Shown: in pieces, positions 43,542-53,559 of the stretch
How positions within the stretch are numbered: the first letter of the stretch is position 1
Layout of the letters: the number at the start of each line of letters is the position of its first letter
IMG/VR virus record: IMGVR_UViG_3300031999_007842
Coordinates: 1-53,707 of that record
Reading direction: 5' to 3' (one strand)
DNA: 53,707 nucleotides
From: a virus
Taxonomy: Duplodnaviria; Heunggongvirae; Uroviricota; Caudoviricetes
Made by a program: the position numbers and the translations under genes
Notes under the pieces: model-generated
What the model saw: the letters and a program-made list of their open reading frames with translations, nothing else
What the model was told of the DNA's origin: nothing
Database searches by the model: none

Positions 43542-44012
43542 ATGCTAATGGTCTCGAGACTAAGTAAGTACGAGAAGATAGGCATCATAGGAGCAGACTT
43601 GATTCTAGCTGCAATTACTACACCAATTGAACTCTCGATGCTTCCACCTGAACTACATGTGCCGTTCATATCCTTCAAACTATGGATGTTCGTTGCAGTG
43701 CCTATCATCTTCCTAGTCTTCCTTGGGAGGGAAAAGAATGCTCCTAATGATAATCGTAGCTCTAGTATTGACAGTCTCACTCTACGTAGTAGCTGACTTC
43801 ATAGCTGGACTGATAGTGGACGCCATTGAACTGATAGGGAGGCTATGGGAATGAGCATTCCAAACGATGCATTCGGAGACGCATTCCAGAAAGCCTTTGG
43901 AGCTGTCTGGAAAGAAGCCTCTGTGCTTATCATGTCTATCATGCTACTACTCTCATTCTGTGCAGTACTTGCAATCTGGATCGAGTGGAAGACTTATGGA
44001 CACAGAAACTGA
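43542..44012 (+). other. Three consecutive small membrane proteins (43542..43796, 43747..43854, 43851..44012)
   Basis: Hydrophobic helices in each; overlapping start/stop codons; two are absent from the ORF track. Confidence 0.5.
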
Positions 44013-44424
44013 GACTTGGCTACTTAAGATGGTAGATCAACTTGACCCGTTATCAGTCCACATCAACAAGAAAGATCCTATTATAGGATACCTCTGGAAC
44101 GGGAAGAGAAGGGAACTACATCTGATCTCTCAGAAGGAAGCAGACAAGTTGACACATAAAGGAGTAGTATGGAAACATCTCAAGGAGGATTGGAAACATG
44201 ACTGAATGTCCAACATGTGATGGTGGAAGGAAGAAAGCAAAAGCTCCTGTACTCAGTAAGGAACAACTCAAGGAAGAACTCAAGAAATACGTTGAGGACA
44301 GGGATAGGAAGGCCAAGACATATGTGGTCTAAGGAGGATCAAGATGCCACATTCTAGCAAATCAATGTTCAACATAAGGAACTTCATTCGCTGGCTGAAG
44401 CGAGTCTTTGGGAGGTGAAACAGC

Positions 44425-44643
44425 ATGTTAGGCAAACTACTAGGAACGTTAGCCTCATGGGCTGGAGCAGTTGTCTGTGGATATGGAGCATGGAAGATCA
44501 TCGAGATCATCCTCAATGGAGTCTCATCTGGTAACTGGCTGATGGTCATTGCAGGTGGGATAATAGGTTATCTCTTTGGTGCTCTTCTAATAGCAGGTGC
44601 AGCAGGCTTGGCAATCCTAGGTTTCATGATCTTGGCTGACTAG
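44425..44643 (+). CDS. Small two-TM membrane protein
   Basis: Two Gly/Ala-rich hydrophobic helices; GGAGGTGA SD. Confidence 0.6.
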   Translation: MLGKLLGTLASWAGAVVCGYGAWKIIEIILNGVSSGNWLMVIAGGIIGYLFGALLIAGAAGLAILGFMILAD

Positions 44644-44655
44644 GAGGTGTTGTGA

Positions 44656-45393
44656 ATGTTTGGAAGGACAAAGAAGATGCCTAATCCAGAAGTCAAGGAA
44701 TTCGAGGATGAAATCAAGGCAAGAGGAATCACTCTCTCTGATGGAATGATGGGTGAAGGTGACATGTCAATCGTGGACAGAAAGGTATTCCTTTCCTTCG
44801 CTGAGTACCATCATGCACCTATCTTCAGAGAACTCTACATGCATGAATACACCTACTTCTGCCTGATAGATGGAGCCATTGTTATGACCAAAAGGATAGA
44901 TGAGAAGGTCAAGGAGAGATAACATGAAGTGTAGACGACATGTAAGAGCTGTTCCTGCAGGCCCAGAACCTCCAACACCAGAGCCACGAAGATGCCAAGG
45001 TTGTAGGATAATGAGCAAACTATTGAGAACTTTATCACAGTTCTACAAGTTTCCTTTTGAGAAGTTTCTAGTGAACACAACCCACGAGGAATATATTGAA
45101 CTGAGCATTGAAGATGTAGTTGCTCTTGCAAGCATATCAGAGGCAAAATCAGCCAGTGACCTAAGTTGGATATTCATGAACATAGTTCTCTTGGAAGAAG
45201 AGGAGGGATAAAATTGGATCGATGGTTAATCTACAATATCTTTAAGAGAACCCTCGTAGTCACTTCAGTAAGTGGTCTAGGAGGACTCTACATCTTACGC
45301 TATGGTGCAGAAGCTTTCCTAGTAGGGCTTAGTCTCACTGCATTGATAGCATTAGCTATTGCCTATTGTCTGATGCTTTTTGCCTCGGACTAA
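44656..45393 (+). other. Run of small ORFs incl. 44656..44922, 45010..45211 and a two-TM protein ending at 45393
   Basis: GGAGGTG SD before 44656; coupled ORFs. Confidence 0.5.
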
Positions 45394-45404
45394 GGAGGAA
45401 TAAA

Positions 45405-45719
45405 ATGCCAACAGACAAAGAGATGTGGAAAAGGATCTTGCCTAGGCCGTTATCAACAGAGAAAATCAAGAATGCTCTGATTCTATGGATGGAAGAAAGG
45501 CAAGATGCTCTTAAAGTTAAAGGAGTGCTCTTTCCTCCTGCTGGACTATCTCAGAAGAACTTCATCAGACTCTCCAAGTACCAGATATGGAGGCACAGAG
45601 ATTTGTGGCTAAGAACCTTTGACTATCGACATATAGGAAAAGCTCCTTTCTATCTTGAAGTGCTCAGTAACGCTGAGGATTCAGAGATCGTGGAGATTAA
45701 TTGCCTCAAGGATGGATAA
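45405..45719 (+). CDS. Hypothetical protein with W-K-R-I-L leader
   Basis: AGGAGG SD; MPTDKEMWKRILP. Confidence 0.55.
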   Translation: MPTDKEMWKRILPRPLSTEKIKNALILWMEERQDALKVKGVLFPPAGLSQKNFIRLSKYQIWRHRDLWLRTFDYRHIGKAPFYLEVLSNAEDSEIVEINCLKDG

Positions 45720-45720
45720 A

Positions 45721-46922
45721 ATGCCAACAGAAGTACATAGCTTAGTCAAGTTTCTAGAGAAAGCACCTGATACTTGTCCTACCTGTGGTAAGTCCTTAGA
45801 TGAACATTCAGAAAGTCAGAAGTTCTATTGCTGGATGAATGGTGATTAGATGCCAACATATAAAGCACAGATAGAAAGGATAAAGGAAATCCTAGACACG
45901 AAGAAGATACCTGACGACGAGAAGATAATCTGCATAAGAGGAGTCATTCACTGGAGGAAGTAAGATGTGTCCCACTGAACATGATTGGGAAGACGAAGAA
46001 CCTATCACTGAAGAAGACGCTGTCAAGCGAATGCTCAAACGTACTGCAGAACTCAATGGCCCGGGAGTGCTAGGTGACCTGTGGCGAATGCACCAGAATT
46101 GTCACAAGGAAGTCTATGAGAATGGTAACATGGATCACATGCCTATGAACTTCGTCAGGTTCCAGAAGGGTGAAGATGAGAAGACACGAGAACTCTTCTA
46201 TGTATGCCAGAAGTGCATCTCAGACTACCTCATTGCACATCCTGAAGCTATGGATGATGTCCTCATCCTACGTGGTGAACCAACCAAGGAACTAAGGAAC
46301 TTCATGAGCAAACGTGCTGAGGAAGAATTCAGGAAGGAAGAGGCGGCACGTATGCAAGACCAGAAGCACATTGATGAAGTTCTCAAGTCAGATCAACCAT
46401 GCCCAGCATGTGGTAAGCCATTCAACAAGCACACTGCAGACGACTTGAAGAGTTGCTACAAGCAATATGCAGATGCAAGTCCACCTGATGAGAATGGAGG
46501 CACCAATAAACCATGACAATACCACCTGAAATCATAGCAGTCATTGCCTCTATTGCTATCTTAGGCATAACAATCTACATCTCTGCGAGGCTGGAACTTA
46601 GGCGCATGAAGAGAGGTGTATCACAAATGAACAAAGCACCAAAACAAGTGGCATTTAGAGACAATAAACATCAGCCAGACAAAGACGCCAGATATAAGCT
46701 CATGCGTTTCTAAATGGGATGAAACAAGGCATGAAGGAAATAAAGGAACTTATGTCCAAGTTGGAACCTTGCTTTGGTTCTCTGAACTGTTTCGAGGATG
46801 ACATCGAGAGATGGAGAGCCTGTCCTCTCGAACCAACATGTGCTAATGAATATTTGAAGAGACATCAAAAGACAAATCGACTCTCTCTTGTTCAAGACTT
46901 AACTTCTGGTGATAGCAAATGA
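45721..46922 (+). other. Small ORFs 45721..45849, 45850..45963, 45965..46516, 46513..46713, 46719..46922
   Basis: Dense coupled ORFs; CPxCGK..H..C motifs in 45721 and 45965; one TM in 46513. Confidence 0.55.
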
Positions 46923-47230
46923 ATACTGATCAACGTAGAGCACTGGCACAGCTTAAAGAGATGTACCCTAAAGCTCTACATGCCACGCTGGAGTCTGAAT
47001 TCAGAGCTTTCATCAAGGAAGAGGCTAGCAAGTATAACACACCAATAGACTTGGTTGAAGCATATATCAAATGGCTGGGAGGGAAGAAAGCATGAAGGAA
47101 GAAAGTTTCACTAAGATGGAACGACATTGCAAAGATCACCTACAGAGTGATCAGAAGGTATGCTATTGCGATGTCACTGGAGAGACTTGCAACTCCTATG
47201 GATGCCCAAAAAAGGTAAGGAGGGATAGGT

Positions 47231-48151
47231 TTGAGAATTAGTTTCAACAGGATCAAACTCAAGTTGTATAAAGCCTTCGCCCGCCATCCTAACATTAACT
47301 GGGTCTCACTCAAGATAGGCAACTTCCTATACACGATAGGCTTAGTCAATTACCTTCTGAGAGCATATCCATTTTGGAGTCTTGAAACATTGGCAGGAAT
47401 AGCTTTAGGCTATCCATTGTACAGTCTCTTGAGTGGGAAGATAGACAAACTATTTGGGAGGTAAGAACTTGAACATCAATGAGAAAGTCCACAGGAAGAA
47501 ATCACCTGAAGACATAGCCCACCAAGCTACGGAGGCACACTACTTCCTATTCTATGACAAGGATATGGATTATGTCCTGAAGCATGAAAAGACACAGGAT
47601 GATATCGAGAAGGAGCTAGCTGCTATAGCCATCATGAAGAAGTACGAAGAGGATGCAGTCAAGGCGACGAAGTCGTATGTCTACTAGAAGGGAAATCCTC
47701 AAGCGCTCTTGTCAAGAATGCCAGACAAACTTCACCTGTGAATATGGTTGCAAAGACGTTATCAGGAAGAGAAATCCTGACTACTGTTTCTGTCCAGACT
47801 GCTTCAAGAAGAATCTATTCCTACTCCGTGATGAAGTGCGGGCTAAGTGTGACCTGCTTCCTTTGGAAAGTGCAATCAAGATTATAGTGAGGCGAGAAGA
47901 TGAAAGTGCTAACAAAGTCACAAGCCATAAAGATACTCAATGAACTTTATGCCTTCGCTAAACTCACAGACTTGGGTGTTAATCACAGGACTGTAGATGA
48001 CTTCTTCAAGAAGAGAGGCTTTCTAGGGTTCGAAGACTTCATGAAGAAGACCAAGTGCTTTGATTATCGAGATCCCAAGTTCAGAAAGATTGACCAAAGA
48101 GCATGGAGTATCCTCACAGAGAATTGGATTGCTAGTAAGAAGGAATCCTGA
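47231..48151 (+). other. Small ORFs 47231..47464 (membrane), 47454..47687, ~47677..47943 (Cys-rich), 47900..48151
   Basis: Overlapping start/stop arrangement; SD-like purine tracts. Confidence 0.5.
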
Positions 48152-48396
48152 TGAAGGAAGAAGAGCTCTGGTTCAAGATTCTCCCTATCCAGAAAGGAGA
48201 CAGGATCAAGATCATTCGGGTGCCCAAGTGCTATAAAGAAACATTTGGCAGAGCAATAAGGCGAAAGAACGCTACTGTTCTAGATGTTCTCTCTGATGGA
48301 ACCTTATGGATCAAGTGTGATGTTTCTTGGAAGGGTGAGAACCAGTTCTATGTCTTCAGAGGAGACTACAAGGTGCTGAATGAACATGAAAGATGA
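48151..48396 (+). CDS. SH3/KOW-like small protein with WFKIL leader
   Basis: IQKGDRIKI..ATVLDV..GTLWIK. Confidence 0.5.
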   Translation: MKEEELWFKILPIQKGDRIKIIRVPKCYKETFGRAIRRKNATVLDVLSDGTLWIKCDVSWKGENQFYVFRGDYKVLNEHER

Positions 48397-48640
48397 AGAC
48401 ATCTGGAACAAGATACTCCTAGTAGTCCAAGAGGGAGATCGGGTTCGATTCAAGCATGGCAGAACTGTTTGGGACGTGATCCTTACAGGTAATGGCAAGA
48501 ATGGTCACTGGATTCTTGTAAAGAGAAATATCAAACATCGTGACAAGCATACTATCCCTTGGTGTGAGTATATTCAGGAAATAGTTCAACAAGGGACTCA
48601 AGAGTATAGGAATCTAAGGATAGTGGGACCATCTCAGTAA
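48386..48640 (+). CDS. SH3/KOW-like small protein with WNKIL leader
   Basis: VQEGDRVRF..WDVILT..WILVK. Confidence 0.5.
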   Translation: MKDEDIWNKILLVVQEGDRVRFKHGRTVWDVILTGNGKNGHWILVKRNIKHRDKHTIPWCEYIQEIVQQGTQEYRNLRIVGPSQ

Positions 48641-48880
48641 GAGGCTATCAGCTATTTTCCTGCTTAACCAAAACAGATGTAAGCACTTTTTGTTTTGCTC
48701 TCAATCCTTGGTTGAGAATCCTTGGATGTTCTTATGCCTTTATTCCATTTAGTATGAAGCCTCACATGACAGAGTTTCATAAAGGTGGAGGGGAAGTGCT
48801 TGGAACAGTTAAAGTGTATTCTCCTACTTGGGGAGTTTGTTTGCTTACAGTTGTTCAGATAACTTAAGGAAGGCAAGAAC

Positions 48881-49276
48881 ATGAAGTATAAGAGAAAGTT
48901 TCTAGTTCAAGGAGGCACTCCTAAGGGAAAGAGCTGGAATGAGAGACAATCTATCTGTGACGAACTCTGTGGCCCTATCTTCATCAATGGTCAGTACAAC
49001 AAGCAACGGGAAGGAAAGCCTTGTCATCATGGAGCTTTCTATTGGCAGAGACCAGACTATTCCAAATGCATTCACCCAGATGAGACCTTCCATCAGTACA
49101 TGGTGAGTGAGACTGAAGAAGGAGAATGGCAATGCAACTGCAAGGCATGGACTACTCATAAGCCACGTAAGGACTGTAAACATATCATCAAAGTCAAGGA
49201 TGATCCTAAGAAGTATGAGATTGATCCAGATTGGACAGGAAAGACAACTGACCTAATGAGGAAGGTATTGAGTTGA
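48881..49276 (+). CDS. SWIM zinc-finger protein
   Basis: WQCNCKAW..DCKHI. Confidence 0.7.
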   Translation: MKYKRKFLVQGGTPKGKSWNERQSICDELCGPIFINGQYNKQREGKPCHHGAFYWQRPDYSKCIHPDETFHQYMVSETEEGEWQCNCKAWTTHKPRKDCKHIIKVKDDPKKYEIDPDWTGKTTDLMRKVLS

Positions 49277-49485
49277 GAAAGAAAGAAACCACAAAGGAAG
49301 AAATGTGGGCCATGATACTGAGACAGTCACCTCCTTGCATGGGTGATTGGGATTGCCTCACTGCTCATGGAGTGCACAAAAAGAAATACTACATGGCAAT
49401 CTGTCAAGGCACCGATCTATCAGTTAGGTGTAGTGAACTCAGAAAGGGAAGAGATTGGAAGAGAAAGGTCAAGGAGAGAAAGTAG
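49273..49485 (+). CDS. Small 4-Cys protein (PCMGDWDC family)
   Basis: Paralogous to 46719..46922 and 49805..50032. Confidence 0.5.
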   Translation: MRKKETTKEEMWAMILRQSPPCMGDWDCLTAHGVHKKKYYMAICQGTDLSVRCSELRKGRDWKRKVKERK

Positions 49486-49794
49486 ATGGTATCGAGAGCA
49501 GTATTGACTGTATGGAAAAAGATCTTGGGCAACCAAGTAGAATCTTTCACTACCACAGGAGTCAACTACACGATCTTCTTTGGTAAGGATGGATGGGAAT
49601 GCGATTGCATGGACTACAGGATTAGGAAAGGATCGCACACCTTCGAAGTCACAGAAGAAGGTAACAAGAAAGTCAGGATACAAACATGTAAGCACGTAGG
49701 CCAGTTCCTAGCAGACAGTGGAGCAGAAGTCTATGAAACACACGGCTGGTACGGATCCAAGTCAAAGATCGAACCTAAAAAGAAGAGTTCTTAA
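49486..49794 (+). CDS. SWIM zinc-finger protein
   Basis: WECDCMDY..TCKHV. Confidence 0.7.
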   Translation: MVSRAVLTVWKKILGNQVESFTTTGVNYTIFFGKDGWECDCMDYRIRKGSHTFEVTEEGNKKVRIQTCKHVGQFLADSGAEVYETHGWYGSKSKIEPKKKSS

Positions 49795-49804
49795 GTGATG
49801 TACC

Positions 49805-50032
49805 TTGGACGCAAAAGAGAAGGAAATACTTTTCAGAATCCTTAGGCCTGCCTGCTTTGGTCAATGGGACTGTGTAATTTACCCTAACCGATCTAATCCT
49901 TTTCATCCCAAGACCCCAAACAAATCGGTTCTTAAGGATCTATTGAAGTCCTGTGTATGGGTCAGGGAATGCATGGAAGCATCAATGGGCAAGAAACGAG
50001 CTAAAGAAGTGTATGATGGATTGAACGGGTGA
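49805..50032 (+). CDS. Small 4-Cys protein (ACFGQWDC family)
   Basis: GTGA SD; paralogous motif. Confidence 0.5.
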   Translation: MDAKEKEILFRILRPACFGQWDCVIYPNRSNPFHPKTPNKSVLKDLLKSCVWVRECMEASMGKKRAKEVYDGLNG

Positions 50033-50220
50033 TCTCTATGAAGGAATTGTTCTACATGAATAGTCAAACCCAGAAGGGTAGACCCCAGCCTCAGAGGTTA
50101 GAGGCATAGTTTAAAAACAAGGAATTGATATGGAAAGATATCAAGGCCAAAAGAATAGAGACCGACATGGTACCTTAATAGTGACGTACCAAGAAATGAT
50201 AAGAAGGAGAGTGATGTAAT

Positions 50221-51345
50221 ATGGTAGGCAAAGCAGAAGCTGTAGCAGCAGCAGTTGAAGTCAACCATAATGAACTTAAGGCTCTAGTGAAGCTGTACTT
50301 CAAAGCGAGACGTGCACTTTTCTGCTGGGGAGCCACGGGCATCGGAAAATCTCAGACAGTCAAACAAGCTGGTCACGAGATAGCTGAAGCACTTAGCCTG
50401 AAATACACTGAAGAAATATCGAAGATCAACGATGACAAGCACTTCGTGGTCATAGACATTAGGCTAGCGCAGTGTGACCCTTCAGATCTCAGAGGCATAC
50501 CAATCTGGGACAAGGAAAAGATGGCAACTGTATGGTTACCACCAGAGATGTTCCCACGCTCAGGAAAAGGAATCATCTTCTTCGACGAATTAAACCTGTC
50601 GCCCCCACTCGTTCAAGCATCTGCATATCAACTGATCCTAGACCGTAGACTAGGAACTTATGTTGTACCGGAAGGATACCTACTGATAGCAGCAGGGAAC
50701 AGACTTGAAGACAGAGCTGGAGTTTTTGAGATGTCGGCCCCACTCAAAAATAGATTTGGTCACTGCCAGCTAAGAGAACCTTCCGTAGAGGCATGGACTC
50801 GTTGGGCAGTAGACAATGAGATAGACATGCGACTCATAGGCTTCCTGAACTTCAGACGCACAGCACTGTATACCTTCGATCCTAAGCTGAAAGAGAACGC
50901 ATTCGCAACTCCAAGAGCATGGCAACATCTCAGTGAGCTAATCAAGGACATTGGAAGCGATCAACTAGCATTGATTCAGCAGATAGCATCAACTCAAGTT
51001 GGTGTAGGAACTGCTGGAGAGTTTGCTACCTTCGTACGTGTCAAGGACAAACTGAGGGAGATGAAGTACTACCTAGACCATCCAGATGACTGTGAACTGC
51101 CAGATGAGAATACACAGCCAGACTTGATCTGGGCACTAATAACTTCATTCGCAGAACACTACAAGGCACATACTGATGCACCGACTCTAACTAAGATCAT
51201 TGGAGTACTACGCAGAATGAACGAGGAGTATGCTGTCTTCACCTTGAAACTTATGGTGACTGTAGACAGACAATTGACCCAGAAGATCATAAAGATACCA
51301 ACTGCAAGCAAGCTGGCACGAAAGCTGATCGACTTCTTCGAATAG
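50221..51345 (+). CDS. MoxR-type AAA+ ATPase
   Basis: Walker A GATGIGKS, DLRGIP, Walker B IIFFDELN, AAGN, PLKNRF, TPRAW. Confidence 0.88.
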   Translation: MVGKAEAVAAAVEVNHNELKALVKLYFKARRALFCWGATGIGKSQTVKQAGHEIAEALSLKYTEEISKINDDKHFVVIDIRLAQCDPSDLRGIPIWDKEKMATVWLPPEMFPRSGKGIIFFDELNLSPPLVQASAYQLILDRRLGTYVVPEGYLLIAAGNRLEDRAGVFEMSAPLKNRFGHCQLREPSVEAWTRWAVDNEIDMRLIGFLNFRRTALYTFDPKLKENAFATPRAWQHLSELIKDIGSDQLALIQQIASTQVGVGTAGEFATFVRVKDKLREMKYYLDHPDDCELPDENTQPDLIWALITSFAEHYKAHTDAPTLTKIIGVLRRMNEEYAVFTLKLMVTVDRQLTQKIIKIPTASKLARKLIDFFE

Positions 51346-51359
51346 TCTGAGGAATACAT

Positions 51360-52619
51360 ATGCCAAAGGAAAACTTGACTCCAAGAGAACGAATTGCTAA
51401 GGCAAGGATAAACCTCCTTACAGACTTTCCTTTTTATGGCTCAATTGCCATGAAGCTTGTACCTAGGGAGGTGAGTGACCAAGAGGCAGAAGCATTTGGA
51501 ATTCACACTATGGCAGTGGACCAATATGGAAACTTAATTTATAATCCACATTGGGTCCTAGCACAGACGGATACTGTCATGAAGGCAGGTGTATCTCACG
51601 AAGTAATGCACGTATGCATGAAGCATCTGGTCAGGATAGGAACAAGAGATCCCAAGATCTGGAACATAGCAGTAGATGCAGCAGTCAATGAAATCCTTAG
51701 CCACACCTTCAGAATACCAGATGAGTGGGTAAGGATAACTCAGATGGCACAGAAGTGTAGTGAAGAAATCTATGACTGGATTATCAAGAATGCAAAGACA
51801 TACAAGATGCCATCAAGTGGTGGATTCGACTCACACATCTTTGGACAAGATGAAGGTGAAACTACTGGAGATGGCAAGAATAAGAACAAACAAGGACCAG
51901 GAGGCAAAGGCAACCAGAACTCTCCATTCTTCCAGCCAGGCCAACAGTCATTCGATACGGCTAGAGCTGTGAAGGAAGCTTACAACTTTGCCAAGAGTCA
52001 AGGTAAGCTCCCAGCAGGCATTGACAGACTCTTCGCAGACATCCTCAATCCGCAACTAGACTGGAAGGACGTACTGAGGAAGTTCATCGTGCAGGTAATT
52101 CCGCATGACTTTAGCTATACCAGACCCTCAAAGAAATCATATAGTTGTGGCTACTATATGCCTATGGTCAAGAGGGAACACATCGAATTGGACATTGGTG
52201 TAGATTCTTCAGGGTCAATCTCTGAGGAAGAGTATGCGGAGTTCCTGTCAGAGATATACTTCATGTGCAGGCAATTCGAGTGCCTCAAAGCAACTGTGAT
52301 AGTCTGTGATGCAGCAGTACAGGAAGTGATGGAGATAGATGAGAACTTCGACCCAACATGTGTCAAGGGAAGAGGCTATGGAGGTACGGACTCAAGGCCT
52401 GTCTATGATTGGTTAGAAGAAAACAGGGGAGTGGACACAGTCAAACTCCTAGTTTATTTCTCGGATGGGTACATAAATATTCCCGATAAGGAGTATCCGT
52501 TCCCCACTCTGTGGATCATAACCAAGAATGGCAGGACTGATGAAGTGGACAAGATGCAGAATGCCACTGTGATACAGATACCCAAGAATGGTGCAGGAAG
52601 GGATGAGGATGGTAATTAA
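51360..52619 (+). CDS. DUF2201-type metallopeptidase plus VWA domain protein
   Basis: HEVMH (HEXXH); MIDAS DSSGS, VCDA, GGTD, YFSDG. Confidence 0.85.
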   Translation: MPKENLTPRERIAKARINLLTDFPFYGSIAMKLVPREVSDQEAEAFGIHTMAVDQYGNLIYNPHWVLAQTDTVMKAGVSHEVMHVCMKHLVRIGTRDPKIWNIAVDAAVNEILSHTFRIPDEWVRITQMAQKCSEEIYDWIIKNAKTYKMPSSGGFDSHIFGQDEGETTGDGKNKNKQGPGGKGNQNSPFFQPGQQSFDTARAVKEAYNFAKSQGKLPAGIDRLFADILNPQLDWKDVLRKFIVQVIPHDFSYTRPSKKSYSCGYYMPMVKREHIELDIGVDSSGSISEEEYAEFLSEIYFMCRQFECLKATVIVCDAAVQEVMEIDENFDPTCVKGRGYGGTDSRPVYDWLEENRGVDTVKLLVYFSDGYINIPDKEYPFPTLWIITKNGRTDEVDKMQNATVIQIPKNGAGRDEDGN

Positions 52620-52651
52620 AAGCATCCTCACTCGTCTCAAGAATATACCAC

Positions 52652-52969
52652 ATGTACCACATGTGTATCTGCCTGAGCCACCAGAACATATGCCAGAGGG
52701 ATATATCATTGAACGTCCACTTCCCTCTCCCAACTAAGGGAGACAAGAGAGCTCTAGTCAAACTTCTCATCAAGATGAAGCTTGTTGAGCCAATCCATTG
52801 CATCTATCTTTGTGAGTATGCAGGAGTAATGGAAGACTCCAATCTATGTTTCAACCCTAAGGTTTATTCCCCGAATCCTAAAGTGCAAATAACTTGTGAT
52901 CTTGTCATATCTTGTTCCTTGAAATGTAAAGCTTCGAATATGAGAAGGAGGGTTAACAATGCCACGTAA
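52652..52969 (+). CDS. Cys-rich hypothetical protein (true start uncertain)
   Basis: CIYLCEY..CFNP..CDLVISCSLKC. Confidence 0.4.
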   Translation: MYHMCICLSHQNICQRDISLNVHFPLPTKGDKRALVKLLIKMKLVEPIHCIYLCEYAGVMEDSNLCFNPKVYSPNPKVQITCDLVISCSLKCKASNMRRRVNNAT

Positions 52970-53252
52970 GAATATCAAAACCATTTGGACTAGGATCTTG
53001 CCATATCCGATAGGTACTAGGGTAAAGTACATGAGAGCACAGTGTCATTGTGAAAACTGTTCTGTCAGACCGTGGTTGGGGAAGGAAGGCACTATTGCCT
53101 CATATGTCAAAGAGTCCGACAAGAAAGCACTCAAGAAGATATGCTACCCTGACCTTTGCATTCATGAAGTAGTCTATCAAGTACGCTTTGATGATAAAAA
53201 TCACTCTTTCCCTCTACGCCACTTTGAACTGGAGGTTATTGAAGGTGTTTGA
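52959..53252 (+). CDS. SH3/KOW-like protein with WTRIL leader
   Basis: YPIGTRVKY..KEGTI..YQVRFD..FELEVI. Confidence 0.55.
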   Translation: MPRKNIKTIWTRILPYPIGTRVKYMRAQCHCENCSVRPWLGKEGTIASYVKESDKKALKKICYPDLCIHEVVYQVRFDDKNHSFPLRHFELEVIEGV

Positions 53253-53559
53253 TGCAGCTACATTCTGGAAGAGACTCTTGAATGACTGGAGACTCGGAGA
53301 TCCAGTTACCTTCTTCTCCAAAAATCCTAAGGGTAACCACAAGATAAAGTACTATGGATTCATTGTAGGTACTAGGGATGGCCAGTACGGTAGGAGACTT
53401 GAAGTGGGAGTTGTCTATCGCACTTACTGGAATGGTGAAAAATCATCTGCCAGAAATATCTATCTCATCTTGCCAGAGTGGCTAAGTGTTTGGAAGAATC
53501 CAATCCCTATACCAAAAGAAGTTAAGAATGTAATTCGACTCAATGGAGGAACTCTGTGA
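53245..53559 (+). CDS. SH3/KOW-like protein with WKRLL leader
   Basis: GTG start after GGAGG; WRLGDPVTF..YYGFIVG. Confidence 0.5.
   Translation: MFDAATFWKRLLNDWRLGDPVTFFSKNPKGNHKIKYYGFIVGTRDGQYGRRLEVGVVYRTYWNGEKSSARNIYLILPEWLSVWKNPIPIPKEVKNVIRLNGGTL

Noticed and set aside
48640-48867. Ninth leader motif WLRILG at 48709-48726
   Set aside because: The frame is open but has no ATG/GTG/TTG start upstream of the Trp; it may be a decayed gene or chance.
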